Assembly: GCF_964194025.1 (NCBI RefSeq)
Contig: NC_134477.1
Location: forward strand, 11,160,001 to 11,224,000
Origin: Convolutriloba macropyga
Taxonomy: Eukaryota
Length of the DNA: 64,000 bases
Reading direction: 5' to 3'
In this document: positions 1 through 13,580 of the stretch, in pieces
How the letters are laid out: each line of letters begins with the position of its first letter
Position numbering within the stretch: the first letter of the stretch is position 1
Program-made: the position numbers and the translations under genes
The notes under the pieces: model-generated
Seen by the model: only the letters and a program-made list of their open reading frames with translations
Told to the model about the DNA's origin: nothing
Databases searched by the model: none

Positions 1-176
1 AAGGTTCAATGCGCACTATTTACGGCAAAAGTCGAGGCGTAGTTTTTTAACTAACTTGTTTCAGATTCGAAAAAAAAATATATTAATTCGGCGAATGAAA
101 TAAACACTGAAAGGTAAGAATATCTGTTATTGCACTTTAGATTTCGAAACCACTTGGAATATTGGAACTCAAATCA

Positions 177-279
177 ATGACGACGTTGTTCACAATTTTT
201 GTGGCAGCCTGTCTCTTAAACCAGGTTGTGCATGGAGGGTGGCTTTCGAAAGAAAATGAAATTCTCGCACAGGAACGAG
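177..279 (+). CDS. Secreted peptide precursor gene A, first coding exon (MTTLFTIFVAACLLNQVVHG-GWLSKENEILAQER), signal peptide
   Basis: hydrophobic N-terminus; upstream acceptor ttgcactttag at 140; phase-1 donor G|gtatt; paralogous exon at 13196-13298 with 25/34 aa identical and about 7 synonymous changes. Confidence 0.72.
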
Positions 280-805
280 GTATTATTTTCTAAAATGCTG
301 TTTCTTAGCTTTAATTGGTTATGAATTTTTGTCTCTGTGAAAATTTTCAGCTAATTTTTTTTACCGATACATAGGATATTCCTGATTTTAAAATGATAAC
401 GTGACAATGAGGAGAGGACGGGAACTTTTTTGAAAATTGAGCATCAGTAATCAAAATCATGTAAGGTTTTGATCTTTGAAGAAGTGACGACAAAAATTAT
501 AGCGCTATAAAATTGCGATGGGAACCGCTAGCTGTAGTTTGCATAGCATAAGGAAAGAGATTACTCACTACTTCGAATTTAAGAATAAAAAAAATGGCCA
601 CACTAACCCAGTTATATAAAGTCTTCGACTAAAAGTTTTTATACGCGTTTGTAATTTGACAAATGCTTTAAGGGAGAAATTTTTTATTATGGTTTTACAA
701 ACTTTAATAAGGTTTAAAAAATGCTGACAAGAAATTTCCTCAGGTTACCTTAATAAGCTATTGCCGACCCTCGGCGGTGTTTTGGGTCATTGTGTGATTT
801 TTCAG

Positions 806-868
806 ATTTTACAAAAGATCAGGAAATAGAAAGAACCTGCTCGTCTTATCGAACGTTAGGGGCCATTG
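806..868 (+). CDS. Putative internal exon of gene A (DFTKDQEIERTCSSYRTLGAI)
   Basis: tttttcag acceptor, G|gtacgt donor; 63 nt, phase 1-1, open in the required frame. Confidence 0.45.
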
Positions 869-1384
869 GTACGTACGAGTTTAAACATTTAATGATATCG
901 GATGAAATTTAGTAGTTATTTACCACAGCCCCCATATTGCTCGGATTTGTTCTGCATAAGACATACAAGCAGCGTTCCTATTTCCCTTATTTAGTAATCC
1001 AAGCTGAAAAATAATGGATAAGTTACAAATAATTAAAGATTGTTTGGAAAATAATTACCTCACTCAAACGCGGCGAGAAATTACTGCTTGGCCTATATAT
1101 CAAGATTAAAAAACGTAGATTTTTCTTACGAGTCCGAGTCAATTTACTCTCCTCTTGTTTGCGCCAATTTCACATAGTGACGGACTACATATGTGGTATA
1201 TCATGTTTCCATTCTGTGAGAGCAAACTCACACTCACCCTAACCTTCCGAAGGAAATTGGTGGTATTTTTTCGAAAATAATTTATACTGAAGATTCTGAG
1301 CATAAGAAGCATTACGTTACCAAACCTACATTTTGAGCAAGCAAATTTTCTTGCAAATGTCAGCATTTTCCGCTACCACATGTT

Positions 1385-1565
1385 GAATCTTTTTCAATTG
1401 TGCCCCTCCCCCCATCTTAGTGGGTGCATATTATTTGCACCCCCCCCCCCCCCCCTACCCCCAGACGCACGTGCCAAATTTTTACATAATGATTTAAAAT
1501 GTAATGAAACGTGCTCTGTAACTGGGGGAGCATAACGTACTGAGGGGCACAAAAGGAAAAGATCC
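1385..1565 (+). mobile_element. MITE family 1 (GGATCTTTTCC TIR, 8-bp TSD), copy a
   Basis: TSD cacatgtt at 1377-1384 and 1566-1573; homologous to 29564-29729. Confidence 0.85.
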
Positions 1566-1757
1566 CACATGTTTTAAGATTAGGCTTTATAGGGTGTTCA
1601 AAGGGTGTGCTAAGGGTGATCAAACCCAAAATTTGTCTGTTTTTCTAGCTGGGACGTGGGGTGATTGTAGGGTGAAATTCCAGCTAAGGCTTTGCAGCAC
1701 GAGCAGCACGGTGACCAAATAGATGGTTCCAAATTTGCTATTGGTGTTCTCTTCTAG

Positions 1758-1975
1758 GGGAGAGAGAAGATTGTTGGACCAAAAACGCCTTTTACGTCCG
1801 ATTCGTTGTATGATCTCAACGCTAATAATGCTAACACAACATGTTTTACCTGGCCAAGACCAGGGAGATGCATGAGGCCAGAAGACCCCGATACCACCAT
1901 CACATGGAACTGGTCCAACTCTTGGAGAATGTTGTTGGCTTTATAATAACCTGCAAAGTGTTAGAAAATAAAATA
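1758..1975 (+). CDS. Putative terminal exon of gene A; frame uncertain (phase 1 gives GEREDCWTKNAFYVRFVV*; phase 0 gives a 62-aa frame GREKIVGP...TCFTWPRPGRCMRP...LAL*)
   Basis: ttctcttctag acceptor at 1757, higher-GC sequence, AATAAA at 1967-1972. Confidence 0.4.
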
Positions 1976-2030
1976 TGTGTTTATCGGTAATTGCTGTTTT
2001 CGATCAGAGTTGACGTCGGATCCCGGGACC

Positions 2031-2125
2031 AGGTTTCACCCTTAATCCACCCCTAATTAGCTGGGATTAGGGTGTAATGCGTATTCCACTCCTATTTATT
2101 GGGGAAAAGAGAGTAAGAATAATTT
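2031..2125 (+). repeat. Dispersed repeat; inverted copy at about 48706-48798
   Basis: tttcacc.ttaatc..ccc.taatta...gggattagggtgtaatg matches the reverse complement at 48.7 kb. Confidence 0.6.
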
Positions 2126-2899
2126 TAAGATAATCATCGATCCGGGATGCTGGTAGAGTTATTCAAAGAGGACATCTGTTAGCCCGTATTACCTTTTAAT
2201 TAACATTTAATAATTTTTGATTGCGTGCAGCAAATTTGTAATGTTGTAGGGTTTTTGTTGTTTTCTTTATAAATTGTTGTTTAGTATGTCTCTCAAACGA
2301 ATTGGTTTGGTCACTGATTGAGTAAAAAGTTTTCTAAATGTTTTTTTTTCCAGATCAATTTTTGTGAAAAGCGGCGTTAGCTTTCTGTAGCAGTTTTTAT
2401 TAATAATTTTTACTAAGCAGTTTTTACTAGCAGTTTTTATTAATAATAGTTTTCTTTTTTCTTTCTTTCTTTTTGCTCAGTTTTTTCTGTATGTACCGTT
2501 TCTGTTCTTTATTTCTCAGGTGGTAGTTAATTATTGTATGAAAAAAATTTTTGTTACAAATTTTTTGCCATTAAATGTTTTTCAGTCGCAAATCGTAAAT
2601 ACTGTTTTTCAATAACTTTCAGATTTTAGACTGTGTTATCAGATTTGGCTTTTCTCAAGTTACTCTGTCATTGCCGCAAGATGACTACTGTAATCAAGAA
2701 TTCTTTATCACAAAATTTAACGCTGCATTTCACAAAAATTGTTCTGAAAAAAAAAAAACGTTTAGAAAAGTTTTTACTCGACTAGTGACCCGGCCAATTC
2801 GCTTGAGGAGGTGCAATTATTTTGATTAGTTGACTCGGATCAAAGTAAATCTACTTCGAATCGGTTCCGGAGACTTTGGGCTACGTTTTTCACATCAGT

Positions 2900-3800
2900 A
2901 TACACACTGTCTGTTCATAATAACCTACAAACAGTCTCTTTGTGGTAATCTACCAACAATTCTTTGTGCCAACGGTCCCTTGAATCGTGGTAGTCTACCC
3001 CTAGACTTTTCATGGACTAATCTACCACGGTCTTTTCACTGTAGTCTATCTGTTCATGGTTTTTATATTAAATTTTGTCATCTACTAATTGTCTTTTCAA
3101 TTATTTTGTTTCATTTTTTTTAGGGTAATCTGTCTCAAGTGTTTTCATTCTAATGTGTATACGTATGATAATTTAAAATAACAGTTTTAACGATTTTCTC
3201 ATAATGTTACAACAAACCAAAAAAAGAACCAATTACCAGTTATGTGCCATAACTCCCTTGACTAAAACTATAACTTCGTTTTTAGCGTATTTTATTAATG
3301 ATTTGTATCAAAATTGACCATAATTTTTTCACATCTTCTCTTCCACCGCTGCATCATACGTATACACATTACTCTAATATAGTCATGCTCTTTCTATTAA
3401 GAGTAATACAAAGTATTACAACGACAATTTTTTCCACAACAGTCTATCAACTCATTATTTTTCAAAAAATGGCTTCTCAATGTCAATTGACGTGCTTCAA
3501 GATGTTTTCATTGTAATTTACCGACGGTATCTTTCAATCAATATACGTTTGTCCCTCAATAGAAAACTTCTGACGGTTTTTTCCTAATAGACAAATCACC
3601 ATTTAATCAATGACATCTATCTACCCCCTGTATTTTAATGGTAATCATTTTACTGTCTTTTTGACCCATAGTCCTTTAATTTCAAGCTGACGCCATTACA
3701 GATTTTTTTCATAATAAGTCACCCACGGATTCCTCATATTAATTCATGTGCCACCTTGGTTGACCTTTCCCCGTAATTCTTCAAGGATCATAATAAATGT
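2900..3800. repeat. Highly degenerate short-period tandem repeat (..tcatggtaatctacc..)
   Basis: recurring TTTCAT/GGTAATCTA motifs; boundaries approximate. Confidence 0.45.
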
Positions 3801-4887
3801 CATATAACGTATTTCCTAGAACGATCATTGCTTGCCAACGATCATTGCTAGAACGATCATTACCAAGTAAATCCCATCTATATTCCCTGCTTAAAAACAA
3901 AGAAATCACAAAAAACTGCAGCACGAAGTTTGAAGAACTTTACTATATCGCGAGAAAGATTTGAACTAATGTCTGATTATTGACTAACGGAAATAGTCAG
4001 AAATGGAGACCTTAATGCACCTACTTTCAAAAGACATTTTCAAAATTAGTTACAAGGATCTTAAATTGAATCGGATGTTTTAAAATGATCTATAGGAAAA
4101 AGTCCCAATGTGGCGCAGAGTTGATAAGATATCCCTTGTTGATAAGATATCCCTTTTTTGCATAATCACTTTTTTTGCATAACTCTCTAGATTGCACTAT
4201 CAACTATTAATTTCTGTTCGAGAAACCGCTGGGAGTATCCGAAGCAAATTATACGCATTGGAGAAAACTACTTGTGCTGTTTGAACTAAAAATTGTGGCG
4301 CCTTTTTTGGCAGACAAAAATAAAGACTCCTTAGCCTATCCTAGTAAAAAACGCATAGTACAGAAAAAACTTAATCATACAAATACCAACCCACCACCAG
4401 AATCATCTTAAAAAGTATCTCTTTTTGGCAACTGATAATATCCCAAGGTTCGTGATCGTTCACTTAGGGCTTCTTTGGTTTCTCTAGATAACTTGACAAC
4501 TTCGTGTCGACTAGTTGAGGCATAAGGCAATTGTAACGTTAATTGCAGTTTTCGCAATAAATTTTGCAATGAATTTTGTTTAAATTTTTCAAAAAAAAGT
4601 CATTGTTGATGTGTCATGAACATAATAAATTTATTTTTGTATTAAAGTAAACATTTTAACAAAAAAATCTTGCAAAATGTCTTACCAAGTGGATTTGAAA
4701 ACTGGATTTGAGTTTTTCTGATTTTTTAAATGACTTCTGACAGTTTCTGCACTTTGCCTTTTTTGTGTCTAACAATTAAAGGAGATAACCCTCTCTTTCT
4801 CCTTCTCTCTCTTCTCTCTCTCTCTCTCTCTCTCTCTGACAGACTCATACAACACATATTATTACAAAACACAGACAATCATACATA

Positions 4888-5418
4888 NNNNNNNNNNNNN
4901 NNNNNNNNNNNNNNNNNNNNNNNNNNNNNNNNNNNNNNNNNNNNNNNNNNNNNNNNNNNNNNNNNNNNNNNNNNNNNNNNNNNNNNNNNNNNNNNNNNNN
5001 NNNNNNNNNNNNNNNNNNNNNNNNNNNNNNNNNNNNNNNNNNNNNNNNNNNNNNNNNNNNNNNNNNNNNNNNNNNNNNNNNNNNNNNNNNNNNNNNNNNN
5101 NNNNNNNNNNNNNNNNNNNNNNNNNNNNNNNNNNNNNNNNNNNNNNNNNNNNNNNNNNNNNNNNNNNNNNNNNNNNNNNNNNNNNNNNNNNNNNNNNNNN
5201 NNNNNNNNNNNNNNNNNNNNNNNNNNNNNNNNNNNNNNNNNNNNNNNNNNNNNNNNNNNNNNNNNNNNNNNNNNNNNNNNNNNNNNNNNNNNNNNNNNNN
5301 NNNNNNNNNNNNNNNNNNNNNNNNNNNNNNNNNNNNNNNNNNNNNNNNNNNNNNNNNNNNNNNNNNNNNNNNNNNNNNNNNNNNNNNNNNNNNNNNNNNN
5401 NNNNNNNNNNNNNNNNNN
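4888..5418. other. Assembly gap (531 N)
   Basis: N run. Confidence 1.
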
Positions 5419-6805
5419 ATAAAATCAACGAAGAAAATAAAAAGCAATTTTTATAAGTTTTCTTTTGAGTTTTTGACTCTGCCCACGATTCGCGTCGTTC
5501 ATTTATGTCTTGATTGTTTCATGTGGAGAACTAAGTGTGAACTACTTGAGGCAATTTTTTTTGTTATATATAGAATTGGCACCAAAATTTGAAATGACTT
5601 TTTGATTTTTCTTTTCTTTACTGTTTTGTTAGCCTAATGTACCAATTCGTTTCTTCAAGTTTCTCAAAAACTTCTAATCAGCTAGATTTCATTATCACAA
5701 TTTTGGTTTTGAACATATTTCAAACAGAAATTTGTATGAATTATGAATAAGTTTTTAAAGTGATTGGACAAGTTTTGCACCCTGACACTTATTATGTCAC
5801 ACCTATAAGGAAGTGATAAAGGATGTTTTTAAAGGCCCTTGTTCAGTAGCTATAAAGAAAGTTGGTTACAATTAAATTTTACGTTCCGGCGGTTTCACTA
5901 TTTGCAGTATTTTTAATGAAATAGAGAATTTTACCATTCTTTATGTGAACTGGGAAAAGAAGTTTTTTTATCTTTCAAAAACACTCTTTGTTTTTAATAT
6001 TAGGGCCTTCAAATAATAAACTATTCATTTTTTCATTTCGTCTCGAAAGGATAATTCGAAGAGCAATTTCAAAAAACAGAAAAAACTGAACATTATTTAA
6101 TTTTCCAACCTGGCGATCAATAAACTCTCGAACTCTCAAATTCTTTTCAATTGCATTCTGCTAGATGAGGTTGGTTCAAAAAATCTGCTCTGAAAGTATA
6201 AGGAACACAAATAAAAAAGATAAGAAAAAATTTTCATTTTTTTTAATAATGAGTTTGGTTGAACTGATGTTCATTCAATGAAACCCGTTTTTTTACCTCT
6301 TCGCGTTTTTGAAAAAAACCTAATTGTTTAGTTTCGATGAAATAAAAAGTATTGTTTGAAAAAACAACTTTAGAATTTAGACAGGAATAGATAATTTCCG
6401 TTTTTTCTTTTTTTTTACATTTTCAAAAATAATTTTTACTATTTAGAAAGCTCTAAAAAGCCTCAAGGTTTCAATTTTCCGGAGAAAATTTGTTCGACAG
6501 AGAACGATTGGTTCTTACAGTTTTTTTATTTTTCATCATCAGAAAACAGAAAAGTGGAAAAAAAATTGAACAAAGTTGTGAAGAATTAAACCAAAATAAT
6601 AGACTTTTTCGAAATTTTTGGCCAAAAAGTTAAAATCTTTATTTTTAGGCTTGAAACTGTAGAGAATTTGCTGTGAAGATCAAAAATCCCTTTAACCTAA
6701 CTTCTTTTACTACAAATTTCTCCGCTTGTATTTGATTTCGATCTCCCCCCTCCCCCCGAGCAATGTTTTTTTACGAATTTTCCTTTGAAAATTTAAATTG
6801 TCCCG

Positions 6806-6809
<4 letters not shown>

Positions 6810-6878
<69 letters not shown>
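6810..6878. repeat. (CT)n microsatellite; another at about 4791-4837
   Basis: direct observation. Confidence 0.95.
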
Positions 6879-6882
<4 letters not shown>

Positions 6883-8483
6883 TAAAATAGGTTTTTTGAT
6901 TGAGTTGGTCACCATGCTGAAGGAGATCCAATTTTTGCGAGATAACTTTTGTGTTGCTCATTTGTATGTGACCTCCACAAGTTCATGATCCAAAATGCAA
7001 GTCGTAGCTACAGTACAAAACAGATATCTTTTTCCTTTTCCATTCTGCCATGTTTATAGATGGAAAAAATCTGAGCTACAGTTTGTAGATTTAGAGTTTT
7101 TCGAGCACTTTGTCTGTATATGTGGTGACCAGCATATGTTTTTCTAATTGTAACCTCGTTAAGACACCGTAAATCGTGGCGTTGAACATTGTCTGAACAA
7201 CAGTTCATTTCTTTCTGGTAAGTTGATTTAATTCGTTTTCAGTGTGAAAAAACGTATTTGAGGTCACAGAACAAGTCAGAAGAGGTCAAATCAGATGAAT
7301 TGTATCAAAACAAAATAGTGATCTCTGATTAAACTTTCCTAAACCAATATGACCTCTGATCAGACTTTCATTACCCAATGATCCCTACTTTTTATTATCC
7401 ATACACAACTATGGATAAACCAACTCTAACGATTTTACTTAGTTAATCCTTTTACCGTGTAATCAACCTGCGCTGGAATAGCAACAATTGCATATACGAT
7501 TTGCTGGTATTTTTGCGTTCAACCGATTGTGTTGGTTGATGAGGACGAAATTTTGAAGACCCGATTGTGAGGGTTTCTGGGAACAAACAAGGCAAAGACT
7601 CAATTGCGTGGGTACCATGGTGATTTGTGGGTACAAGCCTGATCGTAATAAAACGTTCTGAGAATCGACTGAACTTAGAACTGATTTCAACCATGAGTTC
7701 CCCAACCAAGCATACCTTAAATTTATGATTTCAATGTCTAAAAAAATTTAATGGGTACCATAAAATACTATAATGAATGTCAATTTATAATTTGATTTCC
7801 CATTTTGCTGGTATGAGTCGTTAACTGCATACGGATACTACCAAATTATTTAACAGTCGATTACTGAATTATACTGCAAGATTTGATTGCTATCGAGAAG
7901 TTATTGAGCTTCGAAGCGAAGCCAATTTGGTAATAAAAAAATTGGAGAGCGCGGTAGCAACCATGTTCTTATCTGTTTAATCAATTATCGTTTTGAATAA
8001 CTTGCGTCACTGTATAGTTGATGAGATTACTTTTTCCACCAATGCCACCTCACCTCGCCATATATGAAATGTTTCCGAGAAAACACTACCAATAAGACAG
8101 CAGTCTTCTTCCAGCGCAGAGTTTTGCCAGTTTTGTTGCAGAGTTTTGATTCAGTTTGTCGAAATATTCATTAGTCATCTGAGGTTATTGCTGGCGAGTT
8201 GAATAAAACTAATGAGTGGTTAGACCAAAAGTATACGCCACTTTTTATTGACAAATGCGTTCTACTAGAAACATCAATTTAAAACACGATTATAACTCAC
8301 CGTATGACCAACTAAAGTTGGGTATGTAGAGCAAATTGTAATCGCAACGAAAGCTGACTTTCGCTAAACATCATCACATGATTTCTGTCGCGCTCTCGAA
8401 TTTACTCAACATCTCATCTTCACCAGATTTTGACAGTTTTCAATGGCTGTCGATGGTAGTAATAAACGCAGTATCCATTTTAA

Positions 8484-11303
8484 TTGTTCCGACCCCTCTT
8501 GAGGGGGGAGGAACTATATACTCAAATGGGTTTTTTATTGTTCAGTCAATTTTCGCTGATCGATATATTCATCGTAGAGAGTTGAGACTGGTATCACTAG
8601 AAAGCTCGTCCAGCGTAGAATATGGAATTAAAAAGATCTTTTTAATTTTCGTTTCTACAGGGAGTTATCGAGGTTTAAACTTCTGAAAACAGTAGAGTGA
8701 ATTCACTTTGTTTTATTCACATTTTTGCCTAATTTTTCGTCAATTTTGCTAAAATTTGTTGAAATTTTTAAGAATAGTGTCGTTGATTTTTTTTACCGAC
8801 AAAAAGCCCTTGTTGATTAATCTTATTTAATTTTTTGGTCGAAAAATCTGGATAAATGTTTCAAAATTCAGTATTTTTCATCAAAAGCAGCACGAATTAA
8901 GCTACTTTAGTCCACTTTGATAAATTTTGCCGGCACTACACCCTACACCCCCAAACAACAATAATACAATATTTGTAGACTCAGAAGGGGGCTAATGCCA
9001 CTTCAACTTTCGCTGAGAGTGCTCTGTAATTAAAACTTTGCCGTTTTTTGCTAGCTTTACTCGTTTATTTTCAAAAATGCAGAATTCTTTTTTGAGTTTT
9101 CAACTAACAAATTATCTATATCTACAATATTCGAAATATCAATAGTTCCTAACGGACAATAAGCATTAGCAGGGGTAGTTTTAGGTCAATTTTGGCCTGT
9201 TACAATCCAAAAAGAATTCGGATGGCAATCAGTCGGTTTTTTTTTTGAAAAAAGACCTTTTTTTAATAATAAAGAACAGAACATATCAAATGAATGCTCA
9301 GAAGTGATAGGTCCAATTGGTCTCCTACGCAACTCCAAGCTAATGCATTTAGTATCTTACTTGAAAGTTTCTGATTGTTTCGACTTTTATAAATAATTGA
9401 TTTTTAAGTAGATAATGGCTTAATAAACTTTTCCTCCATTTTTTTCTTAATTTGGTCAACTTTCAGCTTAGTGTCAGCAAAGAAAGAATGCTTCTTCATT
9501 CTACTGATTTAAAACTTAGTCTTGATTGCGTTTTTAAGCCTGAAGATATTGTTTTCTTCACTTCAGGCGTTTTAACGGCCTCGACACTTCTTTCTTCAAG
9601 AAATTAATTGAATTTTTTAAATTTTGTCTTTAACTGTCATTTTTACTTTGTCATTTCAGTTTTATTAAATTTCCTTTATAGTGATAGATTTCACTGACTT
9701 TTTGTGGAAGAATAGACGAGCCGATATTCTGATATCAGAAGATAGCTGATGGCTTTCATGACTTTGAAAACAATCGTTTTCCAAAACTAAAAATAAAAAT
9801 TTCTTTAATTTCTCAAGTTTGTTCTTTTTATTTTTCCTTTTGGTACCTAATCTCCTTAATTACAGCTCAAATATGACATTGTGGGGGTCATGTGAAGGCT
9901 TCAAAAGGGATAGATTTCCCAAAATCTATTTTTTTTTAAAGAATGCGTTATGACCTTACTGACTTCGACACCGGTTTTTCATAAAAAAGTAAATTAATTT
10001 GATTTTTGTAATCTTTGACGTTCTTTTTGTAGACGCAAGAATTTTTCTGGATAACTGCAGGTCCCAAAGAATTCTTTTGGATGAATAATTGATCCTATGT
10101 AATGTTTCATTTTGTAATTAATGTTTTTCATGAATTTGGATATAATTTTGTTTCGAAAAGAATCAAAATTATTACCTACTTTTGCCCTTTTCTCTTTTTT
10201 GTCTACTTGTTACCTAATCTCACTCATAAATGGCAAATACTACATCATCGGTGTTTAAAGAAGGCGCAAACAAATATAATTTGAGTGTCGAAATATGGCT
10301 TGACGGTTTTGACAGCGTTTTCTGGCAAGTTTCAATTGAATTTTTGTTTTTTTTGTTGTTCTTTTTACCCGCTTAAAGAAATGAATAAGGACAGGTCCTA
10401 ATGCTCTTTTATAGAAGCATTGATAATCGTTAACCTTTGGGATATTTTACTTGATTTCTAATGGTTTTAATTACTTTGTAGTTAATTGTTTTAAAAAAAT
10501 AAGCGAATTTTTTTAACTTTACTGTTTTTGTTCTTTTTTGTCTAATTGTTACCAAACCTTTTTATGGACTGGTCCATATCTTTCGCTGGTGATTAATAAG
10601 TCATTTTGTTTAGTTTTTGGTTCATCTGACAGCATGTTGACTCCTTTATTAAATTTTGTTTTTTAAAATGAACAAAAAATTTTTTATGTAATTAAAGTTT
10701 GTTGTTGTTGTTTGATTTTGCTGTTCGTCTTGACTCGTTTTCTTAATATTGGCAAATCACAGCAATTTACTGCTTCAATTTTTACTCCACTGAGTTATTT
10801 GCTTTGGAGGCTATCTTATCGTTTGCTTTGGAGGGGTCGAAACCTTATGTGCCATCGCACATTGCTGAGCCCACTTGTTTTAGTTAAATCCTTGAAATTT
10901 TGCTGCAAGTTGTGCAATTATTGTAATTGCAGTGGAAACTGGAAAAAATATTCTGCAGGCTTGCTACCACTTCCTTGTAGTCATTTTGAAGAATTATTTT
11001 TGACGTAAAAGCGATCAACAATAATCAAGGAAATTTTTTCTGCATGAACAAGTTAAAATTTTTGATTTTGGAACGTCAATTAATGTTTAGCTAAAAATGG
11101 AATTTCATATGAAACTCCTTGCGGATAATTTTTTACATAAAAATCCAAAATTGGGTCTGTTCAATCTTTTTACTCTGTAAACAATTTTCAAGATTTTGAG
11201 AAAAAAAATAAACCCAAACAGTCAACAGTGAAAGTGTGAAGTAGGAACAGGAATTTCAACATAAATCTCCTCTCAAAACCAGCCGTGAGAGGCTGGTGTT
11301 TTT
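8484..11303 (+). mobile_element. Helentron-type non-autonomous element (HINE/DINE-1 architecture), copy 1
   Basis: 5' TTGTTCCGACCCC...GGGG..GGAAC foldback; 3' GTAGGAACAG (degenerate subTIR, 11241-11250), then hairpin ACCAGCC-gtgaga-GGCTGGT (11278-11297) and a T run; colinear homology with 36452-41300. Confidence 0.7.
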
Positions 11304-13195
11304 CCATTAAAAATGATTTTTCGCGCAGTAAGATTTGCATTGATCAAACTAAACATTAAATTACGACGCCATGACAAACACTACTAGACACAACAAAATT
11401 GAATTAAGATTATTCTATTAATCGTTTTGAAAAACGGTCTCCTAAAAATGGACACAAGTTTTTGTTTATTCGAAATAGTTAATGCAGAAAGAGAAACGGT
11501 TTTTTATTGAAGTAGATGAGCATTCATCTTAATTGAACACTTTTGCCGCAATAACATCTGCTCTTTTGTGAAGCGCATGGAACCAAATCTCAAGAGGATT
11601 CGGGAGTAATTTGGACTGAATTTTCACCAATATCTTGTCACAACTTTGACAATCGATGGAAACTAAGCTGGATCGATTAGTAAAAAATTCTGAAAACTGA
11701 AGACAAGCTTAATGGGATATTAAAAGGGTTGTGGATTTTGAATTTCCTTTTTTGAACTCAAATCGAGGTGCTCGACTAAACTCTGATATTAATTTTAAAT
11801 CTGGGGATATTAAGTTTAAAAGGTTTTTAAATGGTTACTACAGGCAAAGGGAAGTTAAACGAGTCATTGAAAATTTTAAGAAATTGCAAATTTAATAGGT
11901 TTCAAGACAAAATGTTCCGGGATAATTCTTTATAAAGCTATCTAATTTAATATTTTACTTGAATCTTTTCTTGTGTGTAAGAGAAATTCATTTAGCCTAT
12001 AAGGATAAACTCAGTTTTGTTTGTTTGACCTCCGTGCGGAAAAAATCAGCACTAGAAAAAATCAGCTAATAGGAGATGAAATGTTTCGACGTCTAGGTTT
12101 TCTGATTGAATTAATAAGTTTTACGTAGAAGGTAAATAAATTTTTAAATACTATCCTGAATAATATCTCAGTACAAATGATGAATTTTTGGATTTGTTCT
12201 ATTCGATTGATTTGAATCTGTCAATTGTGTTCCAAAAATAAAGTATATTATTACATATTCAGTTAGCTCATAGACACATTTACAGAAAAATTGGCTTTAG
12301 TTTCACATTTGTATTTTTTAAGCATCTTGATCAAGCTTTATCAAAGCATTTGTTCTGGTTGAAATACTTCTTATGTTTCGACTTCGGAACAGCAAACAAA
12401 AGAATTTCAAAAAATCAAAAACATTTTTCAAATTTTTTTTGGTTGGATTACTTCTCGCAAATGCGCTCATTTATTATAAAAAGGAGATGAGTCAGAACGT
12501 CGCGCATGAAAAACCAAAAACGCAAACGTTGATGACTATTATCCCCCCCCCCACCTCTATGCGCTGATAAGAAACGGAAAATTGTCTAGTTTTGAAAAAC
12601 CTCAACCCTCAGCTTGGGTGATTATTATCACAGCGCGACTACAATTAAAGACAAGAGTTTGTCAGAGATGCTGTTAAACTGAGATGACAAGGCAGATACA
12701 GCTTAAAAAATCCGAGGTGGTTCTTTTAATCCATAAAATATAAAATCAAAATTTGTTTCGATAATAAAATTTTGGTTAAACATTTATATTTTAAGAACCA
12801 CTTTATAATAACATATGAATAGTTTATGTCTCTAAAAGTTTGAATAGAGATAGTGAACGCAAAAATAGATTGAGAATACATAAGTTTTGAGTAGCAAAGG
12901 AATGGGGGTTGACGATGCCATTTGGAATGGCCTGAGTTTTAGGGAACCTTCGCTTAGGTGACTCATTCAAAAAACAACGGAAATATGTACTCTTGAATTT
13001 TGAGTAATCTATTTTTCATCTTATTCATAATTCTTCAGGATGTAACTTTTTCCAAAATGTGACCTTATTTTACTTAGTGACAGATTTTAACGAGATTGGT
13101 TCAATAAACTAACTGAATACTGAAACAGAAGGAGTAATCGATATTGCATTTTAGATTTTGAAGCCGAGAAGACGTCTATATTGGACCTCGAATCC

Positions 13196-13298
13196 ATGGT
13201 GATGATGTTTACAATTTTGGTGTCTGTCTGTCTCTTGAACCAAGTTGTGCTTGGTGGGTGGCTCTCAAAACAAAATGAAATTTTCGCACAGGAGCGAG
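13196..13298 (+). CDS. Secreted peptide precursor gene B, first coding exon (MVMMFTILVSVCLLNQVVLG-GWLSKQNEIFAQER)
   Basis: paralog of 177-279 with the same length, upstream acceptor (ttgcattttag, 13154) and phase-1 donor G|gtaac. Confidence 0.72.
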
Positions 13299-13580
13299 GT
13301 AACTTTTTTAAAAAATTATGTTGTCATTTCTCTGGTTGTCTTCTATCTCCGTGAAATCCTTGAACAAATTTTTTACTTTGATGAGCTGATGTAGATGTAT
13401 TTTTTCTCTGGTATTACAGTAGTGTTAACTGGGTGGAAAACTAGCAAGATTCTTACACGAATTTGTAAAACAGAAATCTTGAAAAGAAAATAAACATGTG
13501 CTATGTTGCTCTGAAAAGTATGTTTGGAATGTTAAAGTGTACCCTGCAATTAATAATAAATTTTAAGTACTTGTTCATTT

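Noticed and set aside
4730-5447. Long ORFs spanning N runs (also 17942-18358)
   Set aside because: Artefacts of assembly gaps
6710-6961. RE-repeat ORF
   Set aside because: Translation of the (CT)n microsatellite
7450-7710. Coding-looking stretch (plus-strand frame PDCEGFWEQTRQRLNCVGTMVICGYKPDRNKTF*) as a third peptide exon
   Set aside because: No convincing YAG acceptor in a compatible phase and no nearby signal exon, though one could lie in the gap
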